A DNA stretch of 64,000 bases from an uncultured bacterium. Lineage in GTDB: Bacteria > Bacillota > Clostridia > Christensenellales > HGM11417. Numbering within the stretch: the first letter of the stretch is position 1; every line of letters begins with the position of its first letter. The notes below the pieces were generated by a model. That model made no database searches, was not told the DNA's origin, and saw only the letters and a list, made by a program, of their open reading frames with translations. Below are positions 39,082 through 49,357 of this stretch, piece by piece. The stretch is taken from contig CAJMQN010000002.1 in assembly GCA_905215695.1 (NCBI GenBank), forward strand, positions 134,610 through 198,609, written 5' to 3'. The position numbers and the translations under genes are program-made.

Positions 39082-39129
39082 GTAACGCGTTACAGGAGAT
39101 ATTTTACCAAAAAAACCGAAGTTTAGCAA
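39082..39129 (-). promoter_or_regulatory. Candidate icd promoter plus perfect 12-bp palindrome in the leader
   Basis: The minus strand reads TTGCTA-17 nt-TAAAAT, with -35 at 39124-39129 and -10 at 39101-39106 (extended TGg). GTAACGCGTTAC follows at 39082-39093, between the -10 box and the RBS. Confidence 0.45.
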
Positions 39130-41399
39130 ATGTTTTCGCGGGCATCCTCCGCATACCCGTAATCGCCCTCGATGTGCCGCACGCCGTTCTCGACACGGAC
39201 TTTAACAAAGCCCCCGCGGTGCGGAAGCTCAAACTCGCAGTCAATTCCCGCAAACCGCTCCGAAAAGCGCGCAAGCCCGTCCGATTCCCCGAGATACCCC
39301 GTCAAAGCGTTGACGAGCCAGACCGCACAATAGGCGGAGATTCCGTGGTTGCAGCTCGCCTCAACGTCGGTATGCTCCCAGAGCGTGCCCGTACGCCTCG
39401 CCATGCCGAGGAAAATATCCTTGCACTCCCGCAGGAGCCGTTCGGTCTGCCCCGTCCGCATGAGAAGGTCCTCCCGCATACACAGACCGATAATCACGTT
39501 GGAGCGGTCGATATCCGGCCAGTCCGTTCCGCTCCGCTCGGGTCCGAAGCGTTCGGTAAGCAGGCGGTAGAGCGCGCTGTGGGATTCGGGGGTGACGATG
39601 TTGAAAAAGAAGGCATAGTATTGACAGGTTTCGGAGATATGTCCCTTTCGGACGAGCTTGCCCTCCTCCCGCACGCAGTTGTCCTCGAAGAACAGACCGT
39701 TAAAGGACTGTTCCAGAATTTTACGCCGGATCCGTTCCGCCTTTTCCGCAAGGGCGGGGCGCTGTAATATCGTCGCCGCCGCGCGAAGGGTCTCGGCGTA
39801 CATCATATTCGAGGGATAGTTGACCCCGCAGATGTAATCGCTGTGATTCGCCATGCTCCATTCCACGAAAATCCAGCCGTCCAGATTTTCGAGAAGTTCG
39901 TCCTCATTTTCAAATCCTTTGAAGAAGTTGACAAGCCCCTCCACCACGGGCACGCACTCCGCGCGGAACCCTTCGTCCCCCGTACTGCGGTAGTATTGGC
40001 AGAGATTGAGCGCGAGCCACATGCCGCAATTCGGGACATATACGCCGTCCCGATGGTCGCAGGGGTAGCACATCGGCGTCATTCCCGCGGGCAGTTCGGA
40101 GAGTCGGGGCGCAAGCACGAGATTTTGCAAAAAACTGTACTCTACCCGCCGTTCCCCCGAAAAGAGCTGATCCGCCTCCGAGGAAAAATATCCGTCGTTT
40201 GTCCAGCCTGCCCGCTCCCGAGAGGGGCAGTCCATGAGAAGGTCCACCGAATTCTGCGCGTATGTATTCCGCGCCGCGTCCAGAATGTCCGAAAGTTCCG
40301 CATCCGCGACCCGAAATCGGAACCGATACGCAGTCGGATTTTCATAGACCACGATGCGCGCGGTGCCGAGTTTCGCTCTGCCCTCCGCGAGCACAAGTTT
40401 CGCATAGCGCATGGAATAGGCTTCAAAGGCGAGCAGGTCATAGCTCCCCTTTTTGAGCCGCCACTTGACAATATTGACGCATTCGTTGCGGTAAAAACTG
40501 ATATTTTTTGCCCGCACGTAGTCGGGATTCCTCTCTTCCTGCCAGTCGATTTCGTCGAACACGAGATAGAGAACGCAGTCCTCTTCCGCCTCAACGCGCA
40601 CACGAAAGAATCCGGAGAGTTCCCTCCCGAAGTCGAACAGCGAATATTCCCCCGCCCGAAGCGAAAATTCGTTTCCCGCCGCGGGTTCATAGATAAATCT
40701 TGACACCTCGTCGGAGACACATTCCTCGAGATCGCCGTAGGCATAGCCGCCGAGGGTTTGCCCGATGTCCGTAATCGAACGGTTGACCCAGCGCGCGTGT
40801 CCTTCGTCGACACGGAATTTTCCGTGCTCGCAGGGCACAGCGGAACGCTCCTCAAGAGTGGGATACGCCGTCTCCCGCGCGATGAGCCGATTGCAGGGCA
40901 CGGGCTCGGTCTCCGCCGCGGGAAAGACAATTCTTTCCCGGCGGTAGAGCGCAGTACGGCAGACCTCCATGCGATAATCCTCCACAAAGGGGCGCTGAAA
41001 ACTGTACCGCTGAACCTTTTGCACCCGGTCGGTCAGAATCACGCAGTCGAAGTCTCTCGAGGTCGCGAGCTCCCTCCCGCCGCTGAAGATTCTGCATGCA
41101 AAGAAGGGGTCCTCCTCAACGAGATAATAGCTGTTGACCTGATAGGAGACGACCTCCACCGTGATCGGAAGAGGGGTCTCGGAGGAAGGAAGGCTCCACT
41201 CGTCGATACGCGCGTACCCGTGCGCCGCGCGCGCGGGACCGTAGCCGATGAGCTTTTCCCCCGCAAAAATCCGATAGAGATTGCTCGCGGCAATCAGAAT
41301 TTTCGCGTCAGCGTCCGTACGTTCCGCTGTCCAGAGAAACGCGCAGGTCAAATTTTTTTGTTTCAGAGCTTCCTTTGCCCATACCGCCAAGCTTTCCAT
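39123..41399 (-). CDS. GH78-like six-hairpin glycosidase (alpha-L-rhamnosidase family-like), cytoplasmic, 758 aa
   Basis: [16 protein letters not shown] corresponds to the GH78 DCPQRDERxGWxGD signature. No signal peptide. The start is ATG 41399, with GGAG 5 nt upstream. Confidence 0.7.
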   Translation of the reverse strand: MESLAVWAKEALKQKNLTCAFLWTAERTDADAKILIAASNLYRIFAGEKLIGYGPARAAHGYARIDEWSLPSSETPLPITVEVVSYQVNSYYLVEEDPFFACRIFSGGRELATSRDFDCVILTDRVQKVQRYSFQRPFVEDYRMEVCRTALYRRERIVFPAAETEPVPCNRLIARETAYPTLEERSAVPCEHGKFRVDEGHARWVNRSITDIGQTLGGYAYGDLEECVSDEVSRFIYEPAAGNEFSLRAGEYSLFDFGRELSGFFRVRVEAEEDCVLYLVFDEIDWQEERNPDYVRAKNISFYRNECVNIVKWRLKKGSYDLLAFEAYSMRYAKLVLAEGRAKLGTARIVVYENPTAYRFRFRVADAELSDILDAARNTYAQNSVDLLMDCPSRERAGWTNDGYFSSEADQLFSGERRVEYSFLQNLVLAPRLSELPAGMTPMCYPCDHRDGVYVPNCGMWLALNLCQYYRSTGDEGFRAECVPVVEGLVNFFKGFENEDELLENLDGWIFVEWSMANHSDYICGVNYPSNMMYAETLRAAATILQRPALAEKAERIRRKILEQSFNGLFFEDNCVREEGKLVRKGHISETCQYYAFFFNIVTPESHSALYRLLTERFGPERSGTDWPDIDRSNVIIGLCMREDLLMRTGQTERLLRECKDIFLGMARRTGTLWEHTDVEASCNHGISAYCAVWLVNALTGYLGESDGLARFSERFAGIDCEFELPHRGGFVKVRVENGVRHIEGDYGYAEDARENIC

Positions 41400-41412
41400 T
41401 CGGTCTCCAATG

Positions 41413-42627
41413 TTAATTCGTAATCTCGTCACAGTATTCCCCGCCGAGCATGGTCTTTAAGATGACCTGCGCATACAACCGCGCCACAAAATCGTTGGGG
41501 TGGTTGATGTTGTTTACGGTCACGTCGCGGTACCGCTTGCCCGCAGAAAAGAGCGCCTTGTGCATCTCGGTCACATTCGCGACCGCCACGAAATCATACG
41601 ACTCTTCAAGACCGAGAAGTTCCGCCGCAAAGAGTTCCTGATTGCCGTACCAGGTCGATTCATAGTTCGGAACCATGCTCCCGAGAAGCAAAATTTCCGT
41701 GTCGGGGAGTTCGGTGTGAATGCGCTCTATCATGTCCTGAATCATGAGCGAATAGGCGCCGGGGGTGGTCAGCATGTCGTTCATGCCGAAACCGATGACC
41801 ACAAGGTCGGGCGCGTAGCCGATGACGTTGCCCTCGAGCGCGTCCTGCCCCTGCTCGGTCGTCCAGCCGCCCACCGCGGTGTTGTAGTAATCAATATTTG
41901 CGGCATATTTTTCTTCGAAATAACCGCATACCATTTTCGGGAAGGACTCCGCATGCGGCGATACGTTTCCGCCCTGCGAAGTGCCGCTCGAATTGCACCC
42001 CGTTGTAATCGAATCCCCATAGAAGAGCACCGTCGTCTCCTCCCCCGATTTCAGCTTTTCGAGGGATTTTGCCAGCTTTTCGGACTTGCCCGCGGGTATC
42101 GGACCCTCCCAGGGAGAGCTGTGCCGATAGGTCACCGCTATCTGTTTTTTCGTAAAGGTATCCCCCTCGCCGTATTTCAGGTAGCGGTCTCCCTCGAGCT
42201 CGAGCGAAACCTTGCTCTTGTCAACCGCAATTCCCACGCTGTCCGGCGAAGTGCGATAATAGTCGTCAATTTCAAAATAGGGAATGGAAGAATCCGCCGT
42301 ACGCTTCAGCACGCCGTTCTCATAGATATAATCCACCCCTTCCTCGTACTCCACGTCCAGCCCGTAATTGCGGACGGACAGAATCTCCGTCGCGTCATAC
42401 AGGAGAGGCGCGGTATCGTCTGCGCCCACAAACATTACCGTCTCGTTGTAGATTTCCCGCGTGTGCCAGTAGGGGCGGACATAGGTATCGAGATTGTATT
42501 CGGTATAGGTCATGAGCTCTCCCTCGGGCGCAAGTCCGCTTCCTGTATTTCCATCGCCGCCGCACCCCGCGGCGACCATCACGCCGGCAAGCGCGCAAGC
42601 CGCCGCCGCTCTCCAACTCTTTTTCAT
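41413..42627 (-). CDS. SGNH/GDSL-family hydrolase lipoprotein (probable carbohydrate esterase)
   Basis: Lipobox MKKSWRAAAACALAGVMVAAGC. Block I is FYGDSITTG, followed by GFGMNDM, and block V-like is NHPND. Confidence 0.75.
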   Translation of the reverse strand: MKKSWRAAAACALAGVMVAAGCGGDGNTGSGLAPEGELMTYTEYNLDTYVRPYWHTREIYNETVMFVGADDTAPLLYDATEILSVRNYGLDVEYEEGVDYIYENGVLKRTADSSIPYFEIDDYYRTSPDSVGIAVDKSKVSLELEGDRYLKYGEGDTFTKKQIAVTYRHSSPWEGPIPAGKSEKLAKSLEKLKSGEETTVLFYGDSITTGCNSSGTSQGGNVSPHAESFPKMVCGYFEEKYAANIDYYNTAVGGWTTEQGQDALEGNVIGYAPDLVVIGFGMNDMLTTPGAYSLMIQDMIERIHTELPDTEILLLGSMVPNYESTWYGNQELFAAELLGLEESYDFVAVANVTEMHKALFSAGKRYRDVTVNNINHPNDFVARLYAQVILKTMLGGEYCDEITN

Positions 42628-42637
42628 CGCTCTCTCC

Positions 42638-45091
42638 TTATTTTATCGGGAATACAAAGAAAAACTTCCCGTTCTTGTTCTCCGCCTTGACGGGGAGCCG
42701 GAACTCTGCGCGGGTGTTTGCGGGAATTTCCGCAGTCAAAGTCACCTCGTCGCCCTTCCTTCGCCACTCGACAGCCGCCCTGCCGCGGACGGTCTCGACA
42801 GAGGCGCGCGCACTTGCGATTCCGGCGGGGAATTTCGGCGCAATCACGAATCTGTCCGCGCCCCGCGCGTCCGACGAAACGATGAGTCCCGCCACATGCC
42901 GATAGAGGAAGGAATCGTAGCTCGCGAACATGGGGTGGTCGTAGGAGTGCATGAGGTTTTTCATATCCTCTTCCCAGCGTTCCCATACCGTCGTCGCTCC
43001 GCAGGCAAGCATGTAGCCCCAGCCCGGATACTCGGGGTTTTTTAAAAGTGCAATCGCCGTTTCCGCCTGTCCGCAGGCGCCCAGCCATTCCAAAAGATGC
43101 CGATAGCCCTGATTTCCGCAGGTCGTATGATAACCGTGCACTGCGACGTCCTCCGCCAGCTCCTTTGCCGCGGTTTCAGCGTCCGTGCGCGCGCCCGCCG
43201 TGAGCATGACCGAGGTCTGCGTCTGTCCCCTTGCATCGCCGTACTTTCGCCTGAACGCGGCAAGCAGTTGCTCCCGTTTTTCGGCGTAGTCCTTCGCGTC
43301 CTGCTCCCTTCCGATTGCGCGTGCGATTCTCTCCATCATGCCGTGATACCAGACAAAGTACGCCGCCGAGAGGAATTCCGGTTCCGCTGCCGCGCTGAAG
43401 GGACATTCCCCGCCCTCCTTCGTGAAGGGTGCGGCGGGTACCCAGTCCCCGTAAACGCCGCTGTTCAGCGTGCCCTCCTCTCCCACATGGGTGGAAAGGC
43501 ACCCGAGCCAGCTCTGAAACGCCTCGTAATTTTCCCGCAGACAATCCTCGTCCCCGTACATTGCGTAGCAGGCGAGCGCGAGAATAAGGTAACCGCTCAC
43601 GGGATCCGCGGGACGTCCGCCCACAAAGTGCGGTGCGGTATCCGGGATACTCCCGTCGGACTTCTGCGCGTCCGTGATGTCCCGCACGAATTCGGGCAGA
43701 AACCGCGCATAATCGAAATTGTTTGCCATCTGCCAGATCCGAGCGGTCAGGTCGTTGAGCCAGCCGAACCGCTCATCTCTCTGCGGACAGTCTGTCAAAA
43801 CACCGAGAATATTGTTGGATTCCGTGCGCCATGCCAGCTCGTGCAGGCGGTTGAGCGTCTCGTCCGAACAGGTAAAATCCCCGATTTTCCCGACCCCGCT
43901 CCGCACGTGCTCGCCCTCGAGGGAGAGAAGCTCGGCTTTTCCCTCAATCTTCGCTTCGACGTACTGAAAGCCGTGCCAGGTAAAGGACGGCGCCCACTCC
44001 TCTTCCCCGTCGCCCTTCAAGATATATTCGTCCTCGTTCGCCGCGCTCCGCAGATTCAGGCGGTTGAGCCTTCCCGATTCGTCCAATCGTTCCGCAAAGC
44101 GCAGGCGCACCTTCGCGCCGCGCTCGCCGCGCACGCGGATTCTCGCCCAGCCGGAAATATTCTGCCCGATGTCAAAGACGTCCCCGCCAAGCGACCGCCC
44201 GGGAAAGCGGGAGACAACCGTCATGCCCTCGGACTGCTGTGCGCAGAGCTTGCCCGAAAGCGGCGGAACGCCCACCGAATACATCCAGCCGCGGTCCCAG
44301 CCCGGCGCATAGCCGGGCGTGCACCAACCTGCGCGCTCCAGCCGGGCGTCATAGCGTTCCCCGCCGTAAATGCTGTTCGATGTGACCGCGCCGCACCCCG
44401 CCCACCAGTTTTCGCCGGACTCCGTGCAGAGATGCAGAACGCTCCCGTCCGCGAAATCGACGAAAATCTGCGCAAGCGCCATGCGGTTTCCGAGCCAACC
44501 GTAGCCGAGTTCCAGCCCGAACACGTTGGTCCCCGGACGGACGTCGAGAGCATAGGTATTGTAATACACCCGCTTATCGTAACTGCTGACCTTGGGTCCG
44601 AGCACCTCCGCACCCGCCCGCGCGCCGTTTAAATACGCAACATGGCACCCGAGTCCCGCAACATAGGCGCGGGCACGCAGTACATTTTTGCCGACGGGAA
44701 TTTCAAAGGCGGTGCGCAGGAGCAGGGTGTGCCCCGCAAAATTCATGGGCATACCGATCCACCGTCCCAACCAGAGCGAAGACTCCCAGAGCGCCGTCTC
44801 GAAGGCGGCGACAGGGCTTTCGATTCCGTGTGAAATCACCCGCCAATAGTACCGCGTGCGGGGCTTCAGCGGTACTCCCGCATAGCGAATCCCGACGCTT
44901 TCGCCGCTCATCGTCTCGCCGCTGTCCCAGCAATCCCCGATTTGGACCGTGGGGTTCTCGGAGACGAGCACGCGATAAGATTCCTGAAAGAACTCCCCTT
45001 TCGCTCTCCACTTCCAGCCAAAACGGGGCGCACGGCTCTCCACCGCAAGGGGTTCCGCCGCATATTCTGTTGTCAATCCGTAAATTTCCAT
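42638..45091 (-). CDS. Alpha-L-rhamnosidase (GH78), cytoplasmic, 817 aa
   Basis: N-terminus YGLTTEYAAEPLAVESRAPRFGWKW and LTDCPQRDERFGWLNDL signature. The start is ATG 45091, 2 nt after the upstream stop. Confidence 0.85.
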   Translation of the reverse strand: MEIYGLTTEYAAEPLAVESRAPRFGWKWRAKGEFFQESYRVLVSENPTVQIGDCWDSGETMSGESVGIRYAGVPLKPRTRYYWRVISHGIESPVAAFETALWESSLWLGRWIGMPMNFAGHTLLLRTAFEIPVGKNVLRARAYVAGLGCHVAYLNGARAGAEVLGPKVSSYDKRVYYNTYALDVRPGTNVFGLELGYGWLGNRMALAQIFVDFADGSVLHLCTESGENWWAGCGAVTSNSIYGGERYDARLERAGWCTPGYAPGWDRGWMYSVGVPPLSGKLCAQQSEGMTVVSRFPGRSLGGDVFDIGQNISGWARIRVRGERGAKVRLRFAERLDESGRLNRLNLRSAANEDEYILKGDGEEEWAPSFTWHGFQYVEAKIEGKAELLSLEGEHVRSGVGKIGDFTCSDETLNRLHELAWRTESNNILGVLTDCPQRDERFGWLNDLTARIWQMANNFDYARFLPEFVRDITDAQKSDGSIPDTAPHFVGGRPADPVSGYLILALACYAMYGDEDCLRENYEAFQSWLGCLSTHVGEEGTLNSGVYGDWVPAAPFTKEGGECPFSAAAEPEFLSAAYFVWYHGMMERIARAIGREQDAKDYAEKREQLLAAFRRKYGDARGQTQTSVMLTAGARTDAETAAKELAEDVAVHGYHTTCGNQGYRHLLEWLGACGQAETAIALLKNPEYPGWGYMLACGATTVWERWEEDMKNLMHSYDHPMFASYDSFLYRHVAGLIVSSDARGADRFVIAPKFPAGIASARASVETVRGRAAVEWRRKGDEVTLTAEIPANTRAEFRLPVKAENKNGKFFFVFPIK

Positions 45092-45093
45092 TT

Positions 45094-46965
45094 TCAGTCC
45101 GTCCATGTAAAGCCGCAAGGCGAAAGGATAAATTCCCCGCCCCCTCTTCGCGTCACCTTCTTCGGTTCCGTCGAGAGATTCACAAAACAATGATAGTTCT
45201 TCTTTCCGTCCGTGCGCCGATAGTAGCACACGCCCTCCCCGAATCCGAATTCGGGTTCTCCCGCATAGTGCGCGAGCATTGTCCTCTCGAACTTGGACTC
45301 CATTTTAAAGAGCGCAAACACGAATTTACCCTTGCCGCATGCAACTTCCTCAATGCCCGGAAATTCCTTTCCCTCGAACACGGCGGCGTGCCCGCAGAGC
45401 GCGGTCTCCTCGCCGAACGCGGAGACCTTTCCGCGCCCCTTGTACTGTGCAAACCAGCGAATCTTGGTTCCTGTAAGCCGCTCGAGGGCGCCGAGCGCGC
45501 AGTCCGTATAGAGGGTATGCTCTTCCGTCCGCCAGCCCGTATAGGGTCCGACCACCACCGTCGCGCCCTCGCTCGCCGCCGCGCAGAGCTTTCCGGCGAG
45601 CGCGTCGGAGACGTGCAGACAGTACGGAATATAGATGAGTTTGCGCCCCGAGAAATCGTCTTTTTCGGTGAGCGCGTCCCGGTACAGGCAGGTCGAGACC
45701 AGCGAGGCGTAGGACGCTCGCGTATCCGCAAGATAGTCGAACTCCTTGAGATTCTCCCCCTGCGAAAGCATGCGGGAAAAGTCCGAAAACACAAACGCCG
45801 TCTCCGCTTTCGCGGGTTTCGTAGCGAGCACAAACGCCTGTAGCTCCTCAATCGCCGCGGACACCTCCCGCACGTTCCCAAAGGCGGGCGTCTCTCCGCC
45901 GAAGACGGAAAGAATGTGTCCGTGCGGCATTTCGCTCCCCGAGCGGCTCTGCCGGAACTGCCAGTACAGAAATCCGTTCCCCCCTCCGAGAAAGGCGGAC
46001 GCCGCAAGCGCGCGGACGTATCCGTCATGGTGGAAGGGCAAGACTTCCACAATGTTTCCCCCGCTCGTGGGCGGAGTTTCCATGACGAAATAGGGCAGCT
46101 TGCAGGTATTGCGGAATCGGTCGAAGTTTAAAAGGCTCTCCGGGAACGCGTCATAGGTCGAATACTCGTCGATGCCCACGAAATCGAGGTTTCGGAAGGC
46201 GCGGTCAAAGTCGAGCTCGAACGTGCGGCACACGTTGGTGCAGACGGGCGCGTCCGAATACCGACGTATGATTTCCGCCTGCTCGTCCAGAAATTCCCCC
46301 ACGCTCTCCCGGTTAAAAGCACGGTATGCCGCGAGTTGAGAGGTCGAATGCAGATAGGGCGTGGGCACGGGCGGGAGTACGGAGACAAAATCCGGGTATT
46401 CAAAACTCCACACCCGATTGCCCCAAGCCTCGTTGAGCGCCTCGATACTCCCGTACCGTGCGGCAAGATACTCCGACCATTTTGCGCGGCATGTCGGGCA
46501 AAAACACTCGTGTACCGGGCAGTTGGGTTCGTTGTGCACCTGCCAGGCAATGAGCGCGGGGTGCCTGCCGTACCGCTCGGCGAGCCGCCGGACAATCTCC
46601 GCCGCGGCGCGGCGGAAATCGGAATTGTTCACGCACACATGTTCCCGGGAACCGTGGTCGAGTTTTTTCAGGTTTTCGTCCACATACAGACTATCGGGGT
46701 ATTTCAGGGTAAACCAACGCGGAGGCGTCGCCGTGGGCGTGCCCAGAATCACCGAAATGCCCGCCTCATAAAATCTCTCTATCGCCGCATCGAAGAGAGA
46801 AAAGTCGTATTTTCCCTCCTCCGGTTCCAGAACGGACCAGGCAAATTCCGCCATGCGCACGGTGTTCAGCCCCAATTCTTTCATGACGGCGATGTCCCGG
46901 TCGAGGTCGCCTGCCCCCCATTGCTCGGGATAGTACGCGCTTCCGTGCCAAAGTTTTTGTTTCAT
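45094..46965 (-). CDS. Beta-galactosidase (GH42), cytoplasmic, 623 aa
   Basis: MKQKLWHGSAYYPEQWGAGDLDRDIAVMKELGLNTVRMAEFAWSVLEPEEGKYDF, WQVHNEP and Cys cluster CPVHECFCPTC. ATGA overlap with the upstream stop. Confidence 0.88.
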   Translation of the reverse strand: MKQKLWHGSAYYPEQWGAGDLDRDIAVMKELGLNTVRMAEFAWSVLEPEEGKYDFSLFDAAIERFYEAGISVILGTPTATPPRWFTLKYPDSLYVDENLKKLDHGSREHVCVNNSDFRRAAAEIVRRLAERYGRHPALIAWQVHNEPNCPVHECFCPTCRAKWSEYLAARYGSIEALNEAWGNRVWSFEYPDFVSVLPPVPTPYLHSTSQLAAYRAFNRESVGEFLDEQAEIIRRYSDAPVCTNVCRTFELDFDRAFRNLDFVGIDEYSTYDAFPESLLNFDRFRNTCKLPYFVMETPPTSGGNIVEVLPFHHDGYVRALAASAFLGGGNGFLYWQFRQSRSGSEMPHGHILSVFGGETPAFGNVREVSAAIEELQAFVLATKPAKAETAFVFSDFSRMLSQGENLKEFDYLADTRASYASLVSTCLYRDALTEKDDFSGRKLIYIPYCLHVSDALAGKLCAAASEGATVVVGPYTGWRTEEHTLYTDCALGALERLTGTKIRWFAQYKGRGKVSAFGEETALCGHAAVFEGKEFPGIEEVACGKGKFVFALFKMESKFERTMLAHYAGEPEFGFGEGVCYYRRTDGKKNYHCFVNLSTEPKKVTRRGGGEFILSPCGFTWTD

Positions 46966-48257
46966 TCTACAAGAAACACGGGCGAACCCATGCGGAAATT
47001 CATATCGACAGTGAAGTTCGCGCACTCGAAGGCGAACGCCGTCGTCCCCTCGGGCAAATCGATTTCCACCCGACCCGAAACCTCCAGAGACATGCTCTCA
47101 AACCGCCAGGAATGGCTGTCCGACCCGCTGTCCGTCGTATAGAGGAAATTGATTTGTTCCACGTAATCGGGATTTTCAATCTCTATGTAAGCCTTTCCCT
47201 CCCGCACGCCGCTGTCGGTGACGAGAATCGCGGTGTCTTTTCCCCGCAAAACGTGTTCCATGAAAGCGTACACCTCATAGGTTTGGTTCCAATAATAGCC
47301 GTGCTGAAGGTCGGAACGCTGAGAGGCAAACACCTTGCCGGGCACAAGCGCAATGGACTTTGCGCGGCTGACGACGTCGAAACAGTTGTCGTCGATGCCG
47401 GATACGAAGAGCATCGGCTTTGTCGCATAGGGCAGATACGCGCTCGGGTCGTAGGCGGAAATCCAGGCTTCCCGTCCCGCGCTCCCTTCGCTTCCGCCGA
47501 AGATACCGCCCGCCCCAAAGCTGTCCTCATAGAGGTAACCCGCGCCGTAAATGGGCGCAAACGCCGCAAAACGCTTATCCACACCCGAGGCAATGCAGGT
47601 CAGCACGCCGCCCCAGGAAATTCCGGTACAGCCGATTTGGTTGGGGTTGACGTCCTCCCGCGCGCGCAGAATGTCGTTCGCGAGAATGATGTCCGCCACG
47701 CAGTGGTACACCCAGGAATCCTCCCACTCCTCCGCAGTCTGATTCTTGGAACCCGAGTACCCCTCCGTGGGTCCGCCCTCGGGATTGGTCTTCTTGTTCA
47801 GGGACGCGTCCAACTCGTTGCCGAAAATATCAATCGCAATGGCGACGTATCCTTTCTCGTTCCAGAGTTTGACCCATTCGGGATAGACCTGCCCCGCGCC
47901 GCCGTGCACAAGGACGATTCCCGGATACCCGCCCTCGGGCATGGGAAATTCCGTCTCGTCCGGCACCCCGACCACCGCGAAGGTGCGTTTATGGTCAAGG
48001 TCCTTCAAGGGATAGGCGACGGACTCAAATTTGATTGCCGTCATATTCTTGCCCGGATTGACCTCCGATAGCGTCTCGATTTCGGGCTCCGCCGCAAACA
48101 GCGTCTCCGTATCCCACATAAGATCCTCCCGCACAATGTCCTCTATCGCATAGGGTCCCTCCGCGGGATTGTAGGGCGTATTGGGTTCTCCGCCCCCGCA
48201 CGCCGCGGAAAACAACAGAATCGCACCCACAGCACAGGCGACAGCGCACTTTTTCAT
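46962..48257 (-). CDS. Alpha/beta-hydrolase esterase lipoprotein (acetyl-xylan-esterase/dienelactone-hydrolase-like)
   Basis: Lipobox MKKCAVACAVGAILLFSAAC. GIVLVHGGAG and nucleophile elbow GISWGG. Confidence 0.7.
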   Translation of the reverse strand: MKKCAVACAVGAILLFSAACGGGEPNTPYNPAEGPYAIEDIVREDLMWDTETLFAAEPEIETLSEVNPGKNMTAIKFESVAYPLKDLDHKRTFAVVGVPDETEFPMPEGGYPGIVLVHGGAGQVYPEWVKLWNEKGYVAIAIDIFGNELDASLNKKTNPEGGPTEGYSGSKNQTAEEWEDSWVYHCVADIILANDILRAREDVNPNQIGCTGISWGGVLTCIASGVDKRFAAFAPIYGAGYLYEDSFGAGGIFGGSEGSAGREAWISAYDPSAYLPYATKPMLFVSGIDDNCFDVVSRAKSIALVPGKVFASQRSDLQHGYYWNQTYEVYAFMEHVLRGKDTAILVTDSGVREGKAYIEIENPDYVEQINFLYTTDSGSDSHSWRFESMSLEVSGRVEIDLPEGTTAFAFECANFTVDMNFRMGSPVFLVE

Positions 48258-49349
48258 CAGCTCGTCTCTCCTTCCAGATATTTGGCGGCAAAAATAATAT
48301 TTTTTACAAAGTCCCGCTTCTCCGACGCCATCTGCTCGAAGAGCATTTCGACGGACTTCAACCCGAGTTCGTACTTGGGAATCTCCATGACCGAAAGCTT
48401 CTTATCCAAAAACGGATATTCCTGTTCCGGTCCGTAACCGATGACGGCGACGTCCTCCCGCAGACGTTTGCCCGCGTTCCCGATGAGGTCGAATATGGGG
48501 GCGGATTGCGTTGCCGTTGAAGAAGATAAACCCCACCTTCTCCCCGGAATCCCGCAAGAATGTTTCCGCCTCCGCCGTCCAGCCCTCCCGATCGATGTCG
48601 ATGACGACAGGCTTTCGGGTGGGATAGTAACGCGCCATCGCGATATAATACGCCCGCAGGCGGTTGGAAAACGCGAGTTCTCCCTCCGAGGATTCATAGA
48701 AGATAACGCAGTTTTTGCAGTCCTTTCGGTGACACTCCTCGATCATGGAATATACCGTGATAGAATCGTCCACAAGCACCGAGGGCGCAAGCATGCCGTG
48801 CGGCGGCTTTCCGATGACGACAATGGGAATATTTCGGTGCGAAACCGCAGAATAGAAGTCCACCCGCCGCTCGTCCTTGACCCGCACGGGCAGAATGAGC
48901 ATGCCGTCGATGTCCTTGCGCTTTAAAATATTTCGAATACATTCCCGCTCTTCGTCAAGGGTTCGGTTATACATGACGACGAGTTCCCAGCGGTTCTTGC
49001 GGATATTCTCCGAGACCCCCTCGTAGATAGGGGTATAGAACCCCTCCTTACCCGAAATGACCAACGCAATCTTACGCGCGGTCACATCCTTGAGTTTCTC
49101 CTCCCTCCGCCCTGCGAGAGCCTCCAGCACATTGTCCGCAACATAGGTCCCCTTGCCGCGGACTGTGCGGGCATAACCGTTGTTGACGAGATAGGAATAC
49201 GCCTTGCGCACCGTTCCCCGCGAAACGTCGAAACGGCGCATACATTCGGCTTCGCTTGGCAGAAGCTCCCCGCCTTTGAGTTCGTTGGACTCCATCTGTT
49301 GTAAAAACCAGGCAGTGATCTGCTCATAGACCAGCAAGACGTGTTCCAT
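48257..49349 (-). pseudogene. GntR-type HTH + LacI/PBP1-type sugar-binding regulator, split by a +1 frameshift in a G5/C5 tract
   Basis: The N-terminal frame (MEHVLLVYEQITAWFLQQ...GELLPSEAECMRRFDVSRGTVRKAYSYLVNNGYARTVRGKGTYV...GFIFFNGNA) runs into the C5 run at 48497-48501. The homologous sequence then continues in another frame (PIFDLIGNAGKRLREDVAVIGYG...AAKYLEGETS). The span is 1093 nt, which is 364 codons plus 1 nt. Only the downstream frame gives the ATGA coupling to the next gene. Confidence 0.8.
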
Positions 49350-49357
49350 TCGTTCTC

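Noticed and set aside
39080-39095. Possible CcpA cre site in the icd leader
   Set aside because: TGTAACGCGTTACG does not fit TGWAANCGNTNWCA, because the central CG is out of register and the last base is wrong. It is kept only as a generic palindrome finding.
43097-44632. 511-aa plus-strand ORF opposite the GH78 rhamnosidase, and similar long ORFs at 42675-42905, 45180-46052, 46336-47142, 47112-48071, 49394-50119, 50746-51675, 53574-54674, 56802-57938 and 59919-60752
   Set aside because: All overlap well-supported minus-strand genes of the operon on the other strand or in another frame. All show Arg-rich shadow-frame composition.
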